Source: the human T2T-CHM13v2.0 reference genome, Homo sapiens
DNA length: 64,000 nucleotides
Reading direction: 5' to 3' (one strand)
Assembly (NCBI RefSeq): GCF_009914755.1
Contig: NC_060934.1
Both the position numbers and the translations under genes were made by a program. Within the stretch, counting starts at the first letter, position 1. The number at the start of each line of letters is the position of its first letter. The notes under the pieces are model-generated. The model was not told the origin of the DNA and ran no database searches. It worked only from the letters and a program-made list of their open reading frames with translations. Positions 13,771 through 28,335 of the stretch are shown here, piece by piece.

Positions 13771-14782
13771 ATGTTGGAATCAGAGTACCCCTATTCCCTG
13801 TTCCTCATTTTACACCATTAAGAAAGAGAAGATTGAAAATAAGTCAAGCATCAAAACAGAACTGAAAAGTGCCTAATAACAATATACTACCTTATTTATT
13901 AAATATTTGTAAGTGCTTTTAATGTAAAAAACCATGCATTTTATCAGGGCCAGCTAAAGGTGGCCCTTGATTTTCTTTTTGATATATTACCTCCATGCTC
14001 CCACTCTCCCTCCACAAATTCTATCCCTGCATCTACAATTCCAAGCCATTTCTAAATTTTGGTCAGATTTTACAGTTTTCCACACAAATATCAGATAAAA
14101 ATGAATTTCAGTTTATAGATGTGTCTTCACAACTAATCAGATTAAGATATTTTAAAAGATGTTCTTCTGTGTGTGGTATTCTTATAAAATAATATATAAT
14201 GTCTGATTTAAGTCAGTGGGTATTTGAAAATCTCAGAGGAGACAACAGTTATAGAGAATAGGCAGACGGGTAATTTCTGAAAGTCAGAGGGAAAATGATG
14301 GCTTTCTGATTTTTAACTAGCAATGATGGTCACACACGGCAGGATCTCTTTTGTATACAGCTGTCTACAGAGGAAGCAGTGAAATAAAAGTGGAAGTTCA
14401 CAAGAGAACAAAAGGACATACATGTGTGTTTGTTCGTTTACCCTAGAAAACCCTTACAACAATGTCTCCTCATCTGCAAATTTCCTTCTATAGGAGGTGT
14501 TGCTATGCAGGAAGTAGGCACAAATGGTACACGTTGCACATGCCAGTGGACACAATGAATCAATTATAGAGAATTGGATACATTTGAATTACTGCCATTG
14601 TTTAATTAATTTTGCATTCCCATTATAGATGCAACAAATCAGGGTTGGTCCAAATTGCTTTTACTCAATCTGAGTGGCTTTGTTGAAGGTTCATACTTTG
14701 ATAGTCTGATCACTGCTTCATTAAAACAACAGTTAGAAATTGGCTTGAGGTATCTGGACCACTAGCTTCACATTTAGGAATG

Positions 14783-15370
14783 TGTACTGAGAAAGAAAAA
14801 AGTGTCCCCTGACATCTGGAAACTGACCTGACACTAAAGATTAGTCTCCATGTTGTTAGAAACTGGGCTGACATTCACAACTAAATTGTAGTGTCCTCCT
14901 GTGGAACATAAATATCTCAAAACACCTACATCAGACAAAGTCACTCTGTCATCATGTGTCTATGACGATGTGAGAGAAAGAAACAAAAAAGACCATTTCA
15001 TTATCTCATCCGAGCATAGACAAACAAGGTCATCATTAAATCAGAAAATATCAAACACCTCCCTCTCCCAGCTAAGATGACTACTGAGTCTTTACCAACT
15101 GCAGCTTTGTCCTTATTTCCTCCTGCCTTCTAGATAAAAATTATTAAGATTCTCAGTTATGAAATTTTCCTCACTTCCGGCCAGCATTCAATCCATAGAA
15201 AAGCTCAATTTCCTTCAAGGCTACACAGATTCACTTAATATAAGGCCTTTCTAACATCCTATGAGTTGCCCTGTGGGTTCCCATAGTGAGTCTCCCTCAC
15301 CGTGTTGCATTAATAAACCTCACTGGTTAAATTATAGTTGTGTTCTTTGGCTAATAGAATAGATATTTGA
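14783..15370 (+). mobile_element. Old solo LTR (MER-type, family not assigned)
   Basis: TG start, internal direct repeat (aactgacctgacact / aactgggctgacatt), aataaacc poly(A) signal followed by a U5-like tract. Confidence 0.55.
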
Positions 15371-15699
15371 AATTTACTTTAAAATATGTTAAAAAAGCAT
15401 GATAAGTATATGCGTTTGTGTGTGTGTGTATATATATATACATACATATATATAACAAATACAGTGGTGTTAATAATAAATTTAATAATGTGCATTATAA
15501 ATATATGCAATTTTATTTGTAAATTGAAAATAAATTAAAATGTAAAAAGTTACATGTAGATATATGGGTGCATACTATAAACTTCTTTCACCTTTATTGG
15601 ATATTTGAAAATTATTTGTACTATTAATTTAAATGGAAAATAATACACACACACACACACATTTTTCCTTTTCCTCTACCTGCTTGTACCTTAGAAATA

Positions 15700-16019
15700 C
15701 AGTCTTCCCTCTGTATCCACAGGGGATTGGTTCCAGGAACCCTGTTGATACCAAAACCCACAGGTGCTCAAGTCCCTTATATAAAATGCCATAGAACTTG
15801 AATATAACCTGCACACACCTTCCCATATACTTACATCATTTCTAGATTACTTATAATACATAATATAATGTAAATGGTGTGCAAATATTTGTTATGCTGT
15901 CTTGTTTTTATTTAAATTATTTTTGTTGTTTTTTTATTTATTTATTTTTTCTGAATATTTCCCATCCACAGTTGGTTGAATCTACATAGGTGGAAAATGT
16001 GGATAGGGAGAGCTGACCA
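15700..16019 (+). mobile_element. MER2 (TcMar-Tigger MITE)
   Basis: cagtcttccctctgtatccacaggggattggttccagga...; TA flanks on both sides; degenerate TIRs. Confidence 0.9.
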
Positions 16020-16254
16020 TATGTTGAACACTTAATGAAATATTATTGCAGTTTATGGTCATATAGGTCTTCTTTTGAAAATATGAAATTAAAAAATGTG
16101 TAAAAATGCGATTTTAAAGACTCCAACATTAATTCCCTTTGTTTTTTGTTTCGTTTTGTTTTGTTTTGATGATTGGTGTATTACTGAATTCCTGTTTGTA
16201 CTTATTTCATGTGAAACTGATGTTTTGGGGGGTTATATGGTAGTCGCATGTATC

Positions 16255-17982
<1,728 letters not shown>

Positions 17983-20900
17983 TGATTTTAAAACATATAA
18001 TAATAGCAAAATAATTTATTTATTAAACTCCGAAATAATTATTGGCTTTTTGAGTCCTTGCACCTATGCCTTAGCATAGCCAAAGGATTTAGCATGCTTT
18101 TGATATTTAAGATGGGATAAGTTTTGGGTATTCATTTTTATTAAATTAATTAATTTTAATTTTATTTTCTCATGTACATAGCTATGCATAGCAAGAGGAG
18201 AAATTTTATAAATCCTTCTATTTCACAAGAATATATGCACTTGGCACCCTGCATTGAAACTTTATGCCAGATAAAAAATGCTAGAACATGACCCCATCAC
18301 CCCTTCATACGTCTATTTCAATATTGTCCCTAAAACAGAGATAGCAATGAAAATCCTAATTTTAACTTTGCATTAATTTTCATTATTTCTCTCATGGCTA
18401 TGGTATAAAAATATCTATGTCTTTCCTATCATCCAATCTTTCTTTTTTCCTTGCCCAATATTTCATTTACATGTAGAAAATACCACTGCAGGAAAACTGT
18501 TCAAGGCCATCCCTCTACTCCTGGTCTTTAAAGAATACACCACACAACATTGATTTTGTTCTCATATTAATCACTCAGCCTTCACAGGAACACTACTGGA
18601 TGTGATCTCTCAAAAAGACTCAGCCCTAGCTATCAACTCAAGTGCTGTCAGTAGTATCCATTGGACCCATAGAAAAATATAGACATGCTGTTCCAGCAAG
18701 TCTCTGGAAATGTATGAAACTCCTTTTGCTGGTCTCTCTGCTTTCCTCGCTGTTTTGGGCTGTTTCAACCATGCTTGGCCCTTCATGTTTTGCAAACGAT
18801 AACAATAACTAGGCATCAATCTCTTTACTTACCAAATCTAGGACACATAGGTCAAATTCTCCCTATATGCTCTCACTCTACTCATGGCAGCCCCTGAGCT
18901 TCACATTTCTGCATGTCACGTCTCTCCCATCTTTTGCAGGCAATCCTAATTTATATACTGGTTTTCATGGAAATATCTGATTTGAATTGGGGAACAGGAA
19001 CACCTTTCATCCTCCCCTGTGGCTCTCAATGACTAAAATTGAATTTAAAAAAAGATTTAATGAGTCACTAACCTTCTTTTCTAAGGACTGGGAGGGCTGA
19101 CGGGGATGAAAATTTAAGTTATCATTTTAGTTTACTTTTTGGCAAGTTCTTTAGTATAGATTTGACACCATTTTTTTGTAACATGCAAACAAATATTACC
19201 TATTACCTGCATCTTTTCATCTCAGGAAGTTTTGATCTCTGAAACACACTTGTCTTTACTTTTCCTGTAATGTGGATAGTCAGACATTTAAATACATGGG
19301 TTTGAAACCACAGCCGTTTGGCTTATTATTTATATATTTTTTAGTAATTCTATAACCTTATAGTGGTCTTAAAAAAAAAAAAACTTTGTAGGAGCTTTTT
19401 GCATAAATCTCCAGGCCCATAGTCACACTTCATTTTGTAAGCCATCATTCAGTGTGTCTGCCGTTTACTCTCTGATTCTTTCCTCAGGAGGAAGACTCTT
19501 TTCATAAATGCACAATGCACCCAAAATGCATTATTCATGAGTTTGAATTGCCTGGGCTTCCAGTCATAATATACACATTTCAATCTTCGAGATATTAAGA
19601 TTTTTGTAAGTTGATTTTATTCTTTAAATAGACACATAGACTGGTTTTGAATGTGCATTCTAAGATTTTCCCAAACTTGTGAAGGAGAAATATATCACTC
19701 AGGGAAGGATTCGTTAGTGACATTCTGTCCCAGTGCATCAGCAAGACAATGGGGCTTAATAATATATTGCCAGGTGTAACATATCACCGAGCACTGGGGC
19801 AAGGAAAGAAGTCACTTTAATCAATTATTAGTGCTATGTTTCATCAAGGTGTCACCAGTTGGCTCTCAAGAACACAAACCTGTGTAGGAGAGGTTATAAT
19901 ATTGTTACTTTCATTAGTAGTATCTTTGAATTCCAGGTGATTAAAAAAAATTGTTAAGGACTCTTCAAAAAGTAAGTGTAGTGATTTCAATGTTTATGCA
20001 AACACTGCCAATGCTGTCATGTAGCAAATTAAAATGTTAAATGACTCTTCGAAATTTTAAGGTATTTGAAAATTCTACTCACGAAATTGTAACTAATTTT
20101 ACATTCTTAAGAGTACACATGATTATAGATAATGGGATAATGACTATTTAAAAATTACTTTAAAGGACTTACCTATCTACAGCCATACATACACATATTC
20201 AGAAACACTAAAACAGAGAACTCCTTATCTGTCTTTATATCTTTTCTATATATGTTGATGTAGATTTATCTAGTCATATATTCCAAAATAATCATAAAAT
20301 AGTCTCATCAAAGCTATCCACTTAGTCTTCCTTTCCTTTAACTCTTAAATTTTAATATAATCCTAATTAAAATAATATATTTGGTTCTTTAATTTTCTTC
20401 CCAAGCAAATCCCTATTCTGTAAATTTTCAGAGTAAATTTTCAAGCTCAAAAAGAAAAGCTATCTTGAACATTTGCTTTGAGTAAACATTTGTTTTTTAA
20501 AATATATTGATTACAAATATCACAAGAGAATGTTGTAAATCTGGATTAGAGAGGCAAAAAAAGTGGTTAGTAGGTCTCTCTTCCAGTTTCTGTACTCACA
20601 GAGAAATGTTTAGCTATACACAGGGGCCAGGTCCAACCAATCACAAAACCTCATTAACAGGTCCTTATGTGTGACTTTCCCTGTTGTCTCAGATTTCTAT
20701 ATGAAACTGGAAAATGAGGATAGCAGACAATATTTGCCTACACATTCTGAAAAATATAATGTAATGTAATGTAAAGCTAATTAGGCTTTGTGGATAGATG
20801 TTTCAAAACTTTAAAGTAAAACGTCTTCAGTGTGCCATTACTACATGCTTCGTAATGCCACATTTTTGAGCATTCCGGTGTGCTCACTTTTTCTCTCCCT

Positions 20901-21036
20901 CTTTCATATTCTGTTTTTAAAACCTCATATGAACTTTCTACATGTGTCTCTATGCACCTAATCGCACTTTATCTTGCAAACCATTGCTCAGTGTATTTAC
21001 CTTTTCCCATGAAATTATCTCCTCAGGAAAAATATC

Positions 21037-21063
21037 GAGAGAGAGAGAGAGAGAGAGAATTAC

Positions 21064-21113
<50 letters not shown>

Positions 21114-21170
21114 CATATATATATATAGAGAGAGCATATATATATAGAGAGATAGCCGTGTGTGTGTATG
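21037..21170. repeat. Compound (GA)n/(TA)n/(TG)n microsatellite
   Basis: Alternating GA and TA blocks read directly. Confidence 0.95.
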
Positions 21171-22179
21171 CATACAAAGTAAAATATTTTAACCAACAAC
21201 TAATCTGCAGCCTCTTTCTCATGTGCTATACTCCCCTTTATCTGCCTTACTCTGTCCTCTCTGATTTCTAAATTTCTATATGTTCTGTATTCATGGTGAC
21301 TAACTAAACTTCAGCTTTACTCAGTCCTTGTACATTATTTTGTGAGTCACAGTTCCTCCTGCTGATGTGGTTAATGTTTCTGATTCACGGCCCTTCCATC
21401 ACTTTCCCTCTGCCTTGGTGGAATTGAGGGTGATACTTAAAATATTGAGAAACAAATAAAGTAGTAGCTCATATAAAGTATTTACCCTTTAGTTACACGG
21501 AAAATCTTGGGAAGAGTATAGAGCAGTGAATGTGCAAGGAAGTACTTGGTGGCTTAGAATCTCAGTCAGTTTGCCAACTAGTTTAAATATAACATATTAG
21601 TGATTACTGCAGTTGTTTTGTTTTTAATTTTTTAATTTATGGGCTGAAATATTAGACCACAGTGAAAATGACTTAGCGATTCCACCCCAATATGTTCTAA
21701 AGTTTAGACCCAACTCTTACTTCTATTCCTTTGCAGTCACTCCCAAGTCTTTGGAAGCTTTCTTAAATAGCAATAACCAAGTCTTTTTAGAGTCAGAAAT
21801 GGTGAATCAATGCAGATCTTATTTTTTTTTAATTTTCTCTTCTTTTCTTTTTTAAAAATTAGTTTAAGTTGAATTATTTCCATTGCAATTTAAAGATACT
21901 AACAACATCCTACTTCCTCAGAAACCGTGTGCCATCAATGATACAGTTTCATTATTTTCAATGTCTTTGTCTCCAATGATTAAAATGTTACTTGGCTTCA
22001 AAAATAAAATGAAGTTGCCTAATTCTCAAATTCCTGTTTTCCTTTGTTTCTTTGTAACTATTCCCTTCAGTTGTCAAGCTTCTTAAAATTGAAGTCTATA
22101 CTCTTCCCCGTCATATTTTATTTACCTCCAAATCTCATATAATCTGAATTTTTCTTCACCTGTTTACTGCATAGGTTCT

Positions 22180-22880
22180 AGCTAAGATTATCACTGAAAT
22201 TCAAGATGCCAAACATGATTTCTCTTTTTCCTTCAACAGACATGTCTTTTCTAATCTCAACATAGTTCCATGTTCAACCATGTACCGAACTCTTCTACTT
22301 GTACTTCTTTCTTTCCTGGCCACTGTGACAGTGCCCTCTGCCTTAACTTCTACTTTCCTAGTCATTCTGAGAGGTGAAGCCCACTGGACTTCCTGGGTGG
22401 AGTGGAGACTTGGAGAACTTTTCTGTCTTACAAGATGATTGTGTAATGCACCAATCAGCACTCCGTAGCTAGGATTGTAAAACGCACCAATCAGTGCTCT
22501 GTGGCTAGCTAGAGGTCTGTAAAATGTGCCAATCAGCACACTGTAAAATGGACCAATCAGTGCTCTGTAAAAGTGACCAATCAGCAGTATATGGGTGGAG
22601 AAATAAGGGAATAAAAGCTGGCCACCCCAGCCAGCAGAGGCAACCCCTCGGTTCCCCTTACATGTTTTGGAAGCTTTGTTCTTTCACTCTTCAAAATAAA
22701 TCTTGCTGCTGCTCCCTATTTGGGTCCATGCCACCTTTAAGAGCTGTAACACTCACCACGAATGTTAGAAGCTTCATTCTTGAAGTCAGCAAGACGAATA
22801 ACGCACGTGAAGGAACCAACTCCAGATGCAGTTCCTTTTAAGTGTCTTTTTATGAGGATTTCTCTCTCTGCCATGTATGT
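22180..22880 (+). mobile_element. L2 fragment, split by LTR12F
   Basis: Degenerate L2 motifs (cttctttctttcctggccactgtgacagtgccctc...) continuing across the LTR. Confidence 0.4.
22368..22830 (+). mobile_element. Solo LTR12F-like (short HERV9 LTR)
   Basis: TGAGAGGTGAAGCC start, five CCAAT repeats, ends aaggaaccaactccagatgca; TSD attc/gttc. Confidence 0.92.
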
Positions 22881-24764
22881 GTTTCTTTCCCATGGTTTAT
22901 TTTCTGTTCTTCCTCTCCTCCCTTTTCTTTACTATTTCTGGACTTTCTTACCCAGAAGGCAAGAGTGTGAGGACCAACATACCTACATGTTGACAAATAA
23001 TAAATACTTATCTCCAACTCTCTGCTGTAAGGCATACCCCTTCGTGCCAAACATGTTATTTCTATCCCTTATACCTTTTCTCTCATCTACAATTCTACTG
23101 CAGGTACACTTCAATTCTATTGCTGTTTCATCAATTATCTTCTTCAAAACTGGCAAGTTATTTGTGAATTCTATCTTAGTTTATTTATTTAACAAACATG
23201 TTGTATGTACCTTTTGAGACTGTCCTATTTTAGGCCTCTGTACAGAGACAAACAAGTGACTAAAGATTGCTTCCTGAAGATTGCTTTTAGGTTTTTGCTG
23301 CTCAACTTTACCAAGTAAAAATTATTTTACTAATGTCTACAAGTCTAGTCCATATTCGTGAGCATTTTTAAAAATTATAATCACGTTTTTGTTATTACAT
23401 ATAATATATAATATAAAATGCATTGTATAACATAAGCCATGTAATTTATATCATGTAATGTATAATATGTAGTATTATATATAATATATGAAAATATAGC
23501 AGGAAAAATAGAGATTATGGATGAATAAATAGTAAAAAATTAAAATATCTATAATCTTATAACCTTAAAGTAATTATTTCTTGAGCACCTTTATTTGTAG
23601 GTATGTGTGTATAATTAAATGTGTATTCCATGTATATAGAATATATATTACACTCTTATTATTTCATAGTGTATTTTTCTTGGTGAAAAAATATCAAGAG
23701 ACTCTATGCCAATAAATATTCATTTAAAACAATAGATTTTGTGTAGTAATAATTTTTTCTTACTTAAAAATGTGAAGCACCACTTAAATGTTTTTATGTT
23801 TAAATGAAGACACATAGTAATGATTGTATTGAAATGAAGAGATGCTGGTTCAATGGAATTCAATACTTAGGATTCAAGATATGAGATTTTAATCTCATTC
23901 AGCATGGAAGACTTTTATTCATAAAGGTCAACAATGAGGAACTGATTCCAAAAATGTCATAACAAGGCTTTGTGCTTTTATCTCCAACTTCCTCACCGTG
24001 GCTTCTGCACTATCTCCCTGTGGCAGCGTCTTTTCTGTTTTGGGCTCAGCAGCCAGTGAGTGTAAAAGACATGTCTTTGATCCACTGAAATGCTCAGTTC
24101 TCCCTAGAGATTAGGTTGTCAGTCAAAGTATAGAAAATATACCACTTGTCAGAAAAGTTTCACTCTAGTAACACACACAAAAAGATTTAAAATATGAAGA
24201 CTCAGTACATCTTCTCACTGAACGTATCTGTGTTCTTTAGTCACTTATTATCTCAATCTTTGCAACAAATCTCCTTCCTGATAAGCAGAAACTATGTATG
24301 TGAGCATCTGTTTGCTTTATTCTTCTGCCATAAGTACCCCAGTCAATTGGATTAAAGAATTAGTGGCTAAGTGTTACCTATTACCTTAGCTAGTATGAGA
24401 ACAGAATAGAAGAGTTGGCTAGCAATCACATATGATTAAATTATAGGCTTGTACAATGCTGAACATCTGCATACAATTCAAATTTTCTGCTAAAACTTTA
24501 AATTTCTTTTAAGCCACTTACTGCTTTGGCATTACAAAAGTTTAAACATCTGGTTTTGTTTTCTACATTAGTAAATTTATCTCCAACATTGTGAAGATTT
24601 GTATAGATCTGGAGTCAATAGACTATCCTTCCACACTAAAATTTTCGAAGAAGATAAAATTTGCTGGATATACTAACAGCTTTAATATTAACCTCAATTC
24701 TTCAATTTATATTCTTTGTATGCTAACATACTAATAATTATCTTCTCTTATTTTAGTTCATAAG

Positions 24765-26340
24765 TTATTTATTCAAAAATATTTATTTGGTGCCTGCTTT
24801 GCTTCATACTAAACATTATTTTAGAAACTAATAAAAATGGAAATGAACAAAATAGGGACTTTCTTTGCCCTTATCGAGTTTATATTCCAGTGGGCAGAGC
24901 ACAGTAAATTGTAAACCAATAAATTAAAAATTTATTTCATGTTATCATCATGCTATGATGGAAATCAAGAAAATAATTGTTTCAGTCAGAATCCCACTAG
25001 TAAACTGAAAGCACACTCAATTGGATAAGCAGACTCACACTGGAATCACCAGACAGTTGTATTTGTTTGCTTGCTTATTTGTTTTGTTTTCAGAAAGGAT
25101 TTTTTTTACAAAGGTTTGAGCCTAGTAGAACCATGAGTGATAGTTCAATGACTTGCCGCTATGAACATCTGAGCTAGACCTAAAGAAATGAGCTGTATGA
25201 AGTTGCCCAGCACTCAAGGACTCAGCGATCTTGTTTTAGGGACACAACCAGCCCATGAACACACCACAGGGAGGTAGGTAGAGTAACAGGTTTGTTTCCT
25301 GGCTTTGTTTCCATACCTCGAACCTCTTCCCACAGCTCCTTACAGGTGGAAGCAAACCAGAACCAAAGGTTTGTATCATCCTCCCCTGGCAGAAGGCAAG
25401 CTAAAGAAAAGGGAGAACAGATCTGAAGAGGAAAATGAAAGAAATTCAGTACAGTGCTGTAACACCGTAACTCAGTGAGCTGGGGAAGGGCAGTCAGGGA
25501 GCCACTTACTAGACGGTTGTAAGGCAAAGGATTTCAGAGTAGGAAAGGTTCATGTTGACACGAAAAGAATGAGAAATGTTATGTCAATTAAGAATCAACA
25601 AAGGAACACCATTTGCCAAGAAGTTGAAATAGGAAAGAACTACTGTTCGAAAACAGAAAAGAAACCATGATGAATATAGTGAGCAACCACAGAATGCAGA
25701 GGATGAAAGTAGAGGTAGGAAGGGGTTGGTTACTCAGACTGTTGAAAAAATATAGAGGATATGGAAACAAGAGTAGAAGTCAGGAAAGAGCTAGAAGGCT
25801 ATTGCAGTGCCTCGGGTAGGGGTAAGAAGTGGTCAGATGCAGATTCTTTTAGAAGTAAATATTTATGAGAGATTATAATGACCAGGAATAGAATGGATAG
25901 TTGCTCAAAGGATGGTGAGGTAGGGAGAGATATGAGTTATATTTTGAAATTAAACTAATAGGTTTGCTGATAGATGCGAATCAGGAGATGAAGAAAATAA
26001 TTTTCACTCCAACAGCGGGATATATGATTGGTAATTTACTGAGATGGAGAAGACCAGAGGGAATTGATCCCTAGCTTAGTAAGACAGCTAGGGATCAAGA
26101 ATTTTGCTTTGGTAGAGATAAGTGTAAAGTGTAAAATGCCTAAGAAATATCAAGGTGGTGATGTCAAGTGATTTGTTTAATCCCCAAGTCTCTAGTTTAA
26201 AGATAAGGGCTAAATATAAATTTGTCATTGGAGCAATAATATTTGAAGTTATGGCCCTGAACAAGTTTACTCAAGTGAAGAGTGCAGAATGAGAAAAAGA
26301 AAGATCTCAGGACCCAGCTTGGAGGTTGCCAGAAAAGGTA
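24765..26340 (-). mobile_element. L2 (3' region), antisense, interrupted by an LTR at ~24978-25465
   Basis: attcaaaaatatttatttggtgcctgc is the antisense L2 3' end; purine-rich L2 tract 25470-26340. Confidence 0.65.
24978..25465 (-). mobile_element. Old ERVL-type LTR fragment
   Basis: tgtttcagtcagaatcccactagtaaactgaaagcacactcaa resembles MLT2/LTR33/LTR40-class termini. Confidence 0.4.
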
Positions 26341-26991
26341 AATGAAAAGATAGAAATATCACTAGACTACACTTGAATATTATCGTAGTCACCTAACGTA
26401 GTCTCATGTTTAGTTTATAAATAGAACTCTCTGAGCTCTTCAACTTTCAACTTCCAGTAGTAATATGGGAATATTTATTTACAAATATGTATTTGAAAGT
26501 TCCAGCACATCAAGTCAGCTAAACATTTTATACAACAGAAGTGATGATATTATTTGTCCTATTCTGAGCTTCCCTTATGCAGAAGAAAATGGTAATATCT
26601 CTCTTTTCTTAGTGGAATTATCTGCTTTCTATTTGATTTTGTTTCATCTTTAGCATTTTCCCCGAAGAGTCTTCCCCCTTTCAATCATATTTTATATAGG
26701 AACAATTTCAAATATATCATGTGAAATTATGGTTGTTATAAATACATACAAAAATTGGGTGTTGTTTATAGATTAGTTTAAATTTTATTTTTAGAGTAAT
26801 ATTTTTAAATTCCTGAGGAAAAAACCTCCTATAAATGAAGCTATCCATGTGATAAGTATCAAACAGCTAGTAAAATAAAGACTTATCAAATAAATGTGTG
26901 TTCTATTGTCTCACTACCAGAAATAACACAGAGCCTGTTAAATGAAACAAATTGTGTAACTATAGACTCAACTATAGAAATTGTTTAATTT

Positions 26992-27291
26992 ATTTTAGTG
27001 TTTTTTTGTTTTTGTTTTTGAAATGAAGTCTCGCTCTGTGGGCCAGGCCGGAGTCCAGTGGCATGATCTCGGCTCACTGCAACCTCTGCCTCCTAGGTTC
27101 AAGCGATTCTCCTGTCTCAGCCTCCTGAGTAGCTGGGCACACCACCATGCCCCGCTAATTTTTGTATTTTTATTAGAGATGGGGTTTCACTCTGCTGGCC
27201 CGGCTGGTCTCTAACTCCTGACCTCAAGTGACCTGCCCACCTCAGCGTCCCAAAGTGCAGGGATTACAGGCGTGAGCCACCGAGCTCAGCC
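26992..27291 (-). mobile_element. AluS (Sx/Sz-like)
   Basis: Full Alu with a small internal deletion; TSD aa(t)ttgtttaattt. Confidence 0.93.
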
Positions 27292-27451
27292 TAATTTGTT
27301 TAATTTTAAACATGTTAAAGTGTAAATGTAAAATAACCTCATTGCTTAATTTGTTTTCTCTTTTTTCATAGTTAATATTTATTGAGCATTTTCAAATCTC
27401 GATTACTTAGGCATATAAATTTACTATATATATGTTGTTAAATAAAATGTA

Positions 27452-28335
27452 TGAAAGGACATTGTTTTGGACTGAGCTCCTGCACTAGACCCCAACAGAT
27501 CTGACCCCCCAGAAATAAATCAGTCATGCTAGGCACCATGTAATCAAACTGAACTTTAAAAAAGGATAGTTTTCCAAAAAACAGGAGATTCACCAAAACC
27601 ATTCAGAAGGAACCCATTCAATTTGAAATAGCATAAAAAGAAAGTTGCATGTTCTCACTAATACGTGGGAGCTAAAAAAAATTGATCTCATGGAAGTAGA
27701 GATCAATTTGGTTAGAACTGATGTCTCGTTGGTGTCTCTTATGTGATCTCATGTGATCAACATTTTTAGCTCTACACCAATGAATAGAATGATGGTTACC
27801 AGATGGTGGGAACGGTAGTGGGGAGGGGGGAATAAATATGGGCTTATTAATGGGTACAAAACACAGTTAGATAGAAGCAATAAGTTCTAGTGTTTGATGG
27901 CATAATAGGGAGACCATAGTTAACAATAATTTATTGTACATTTTATAATAGCTAGAAAAAAATAAAATGTTATTAGTACGAAGAAATAATAAATCTTAAG
28001 TAATATATATTCCAATTACCCATATTTGATATTACATATTGCATGTTAATATCAAAATAACATGTATACCCCATCAATATGTACAACTATAATGTACTCA
28101 TAAAAATTTAAAATTAAAAGGAAGAAAATCTTTTTTCTTTTAATTCTGTAAGAAAAGTGACTTTGAAACAACCAATTTATTTTTATTCTCTTTTTTCTAC
28201 CTCTTCATCCCTCTTCTGCCTTTATAGGCTCCTCAGAGTGTATTTTAATTTCATAGATGAAATACTGGCTGATTGGTGAATCTCTAAAAAAAGCCAACTA
28301 GATCTTTAAATCTGTTAAAATTTTGTTTTTGACTG
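27452..28335 (+). mobile_element. ERV1-type solo LTR (MER72/LTR51-like; tentative), split by an L1MA 3' end
   Basis: ttttggactgagctcctgcactagaccccaacaga; second half aaagccaactagatctttaaa...ttttgac. Confidence 0.55.
27640..28120 (+). mobile_element. L1MA 3'UTR (5'-truncated)
   Basis: gcatgttctcactaatacgtgggagctaaaa...aatgggtacaaaacacagttagatagaag...ccccatcaatatgtacaactat plus A-rich tail. Confidence 0.88.

Noticed and set aside
20880-21271. ORFs with RERERE/IYIYIY tracts
   Set aside because: Translations of microsatellites
22762-23217. 151-aa ORF
   Set aside because: Starts in LTR12F U5 and reads through pyrimidine-rich decayed repeat; no domain or splice support
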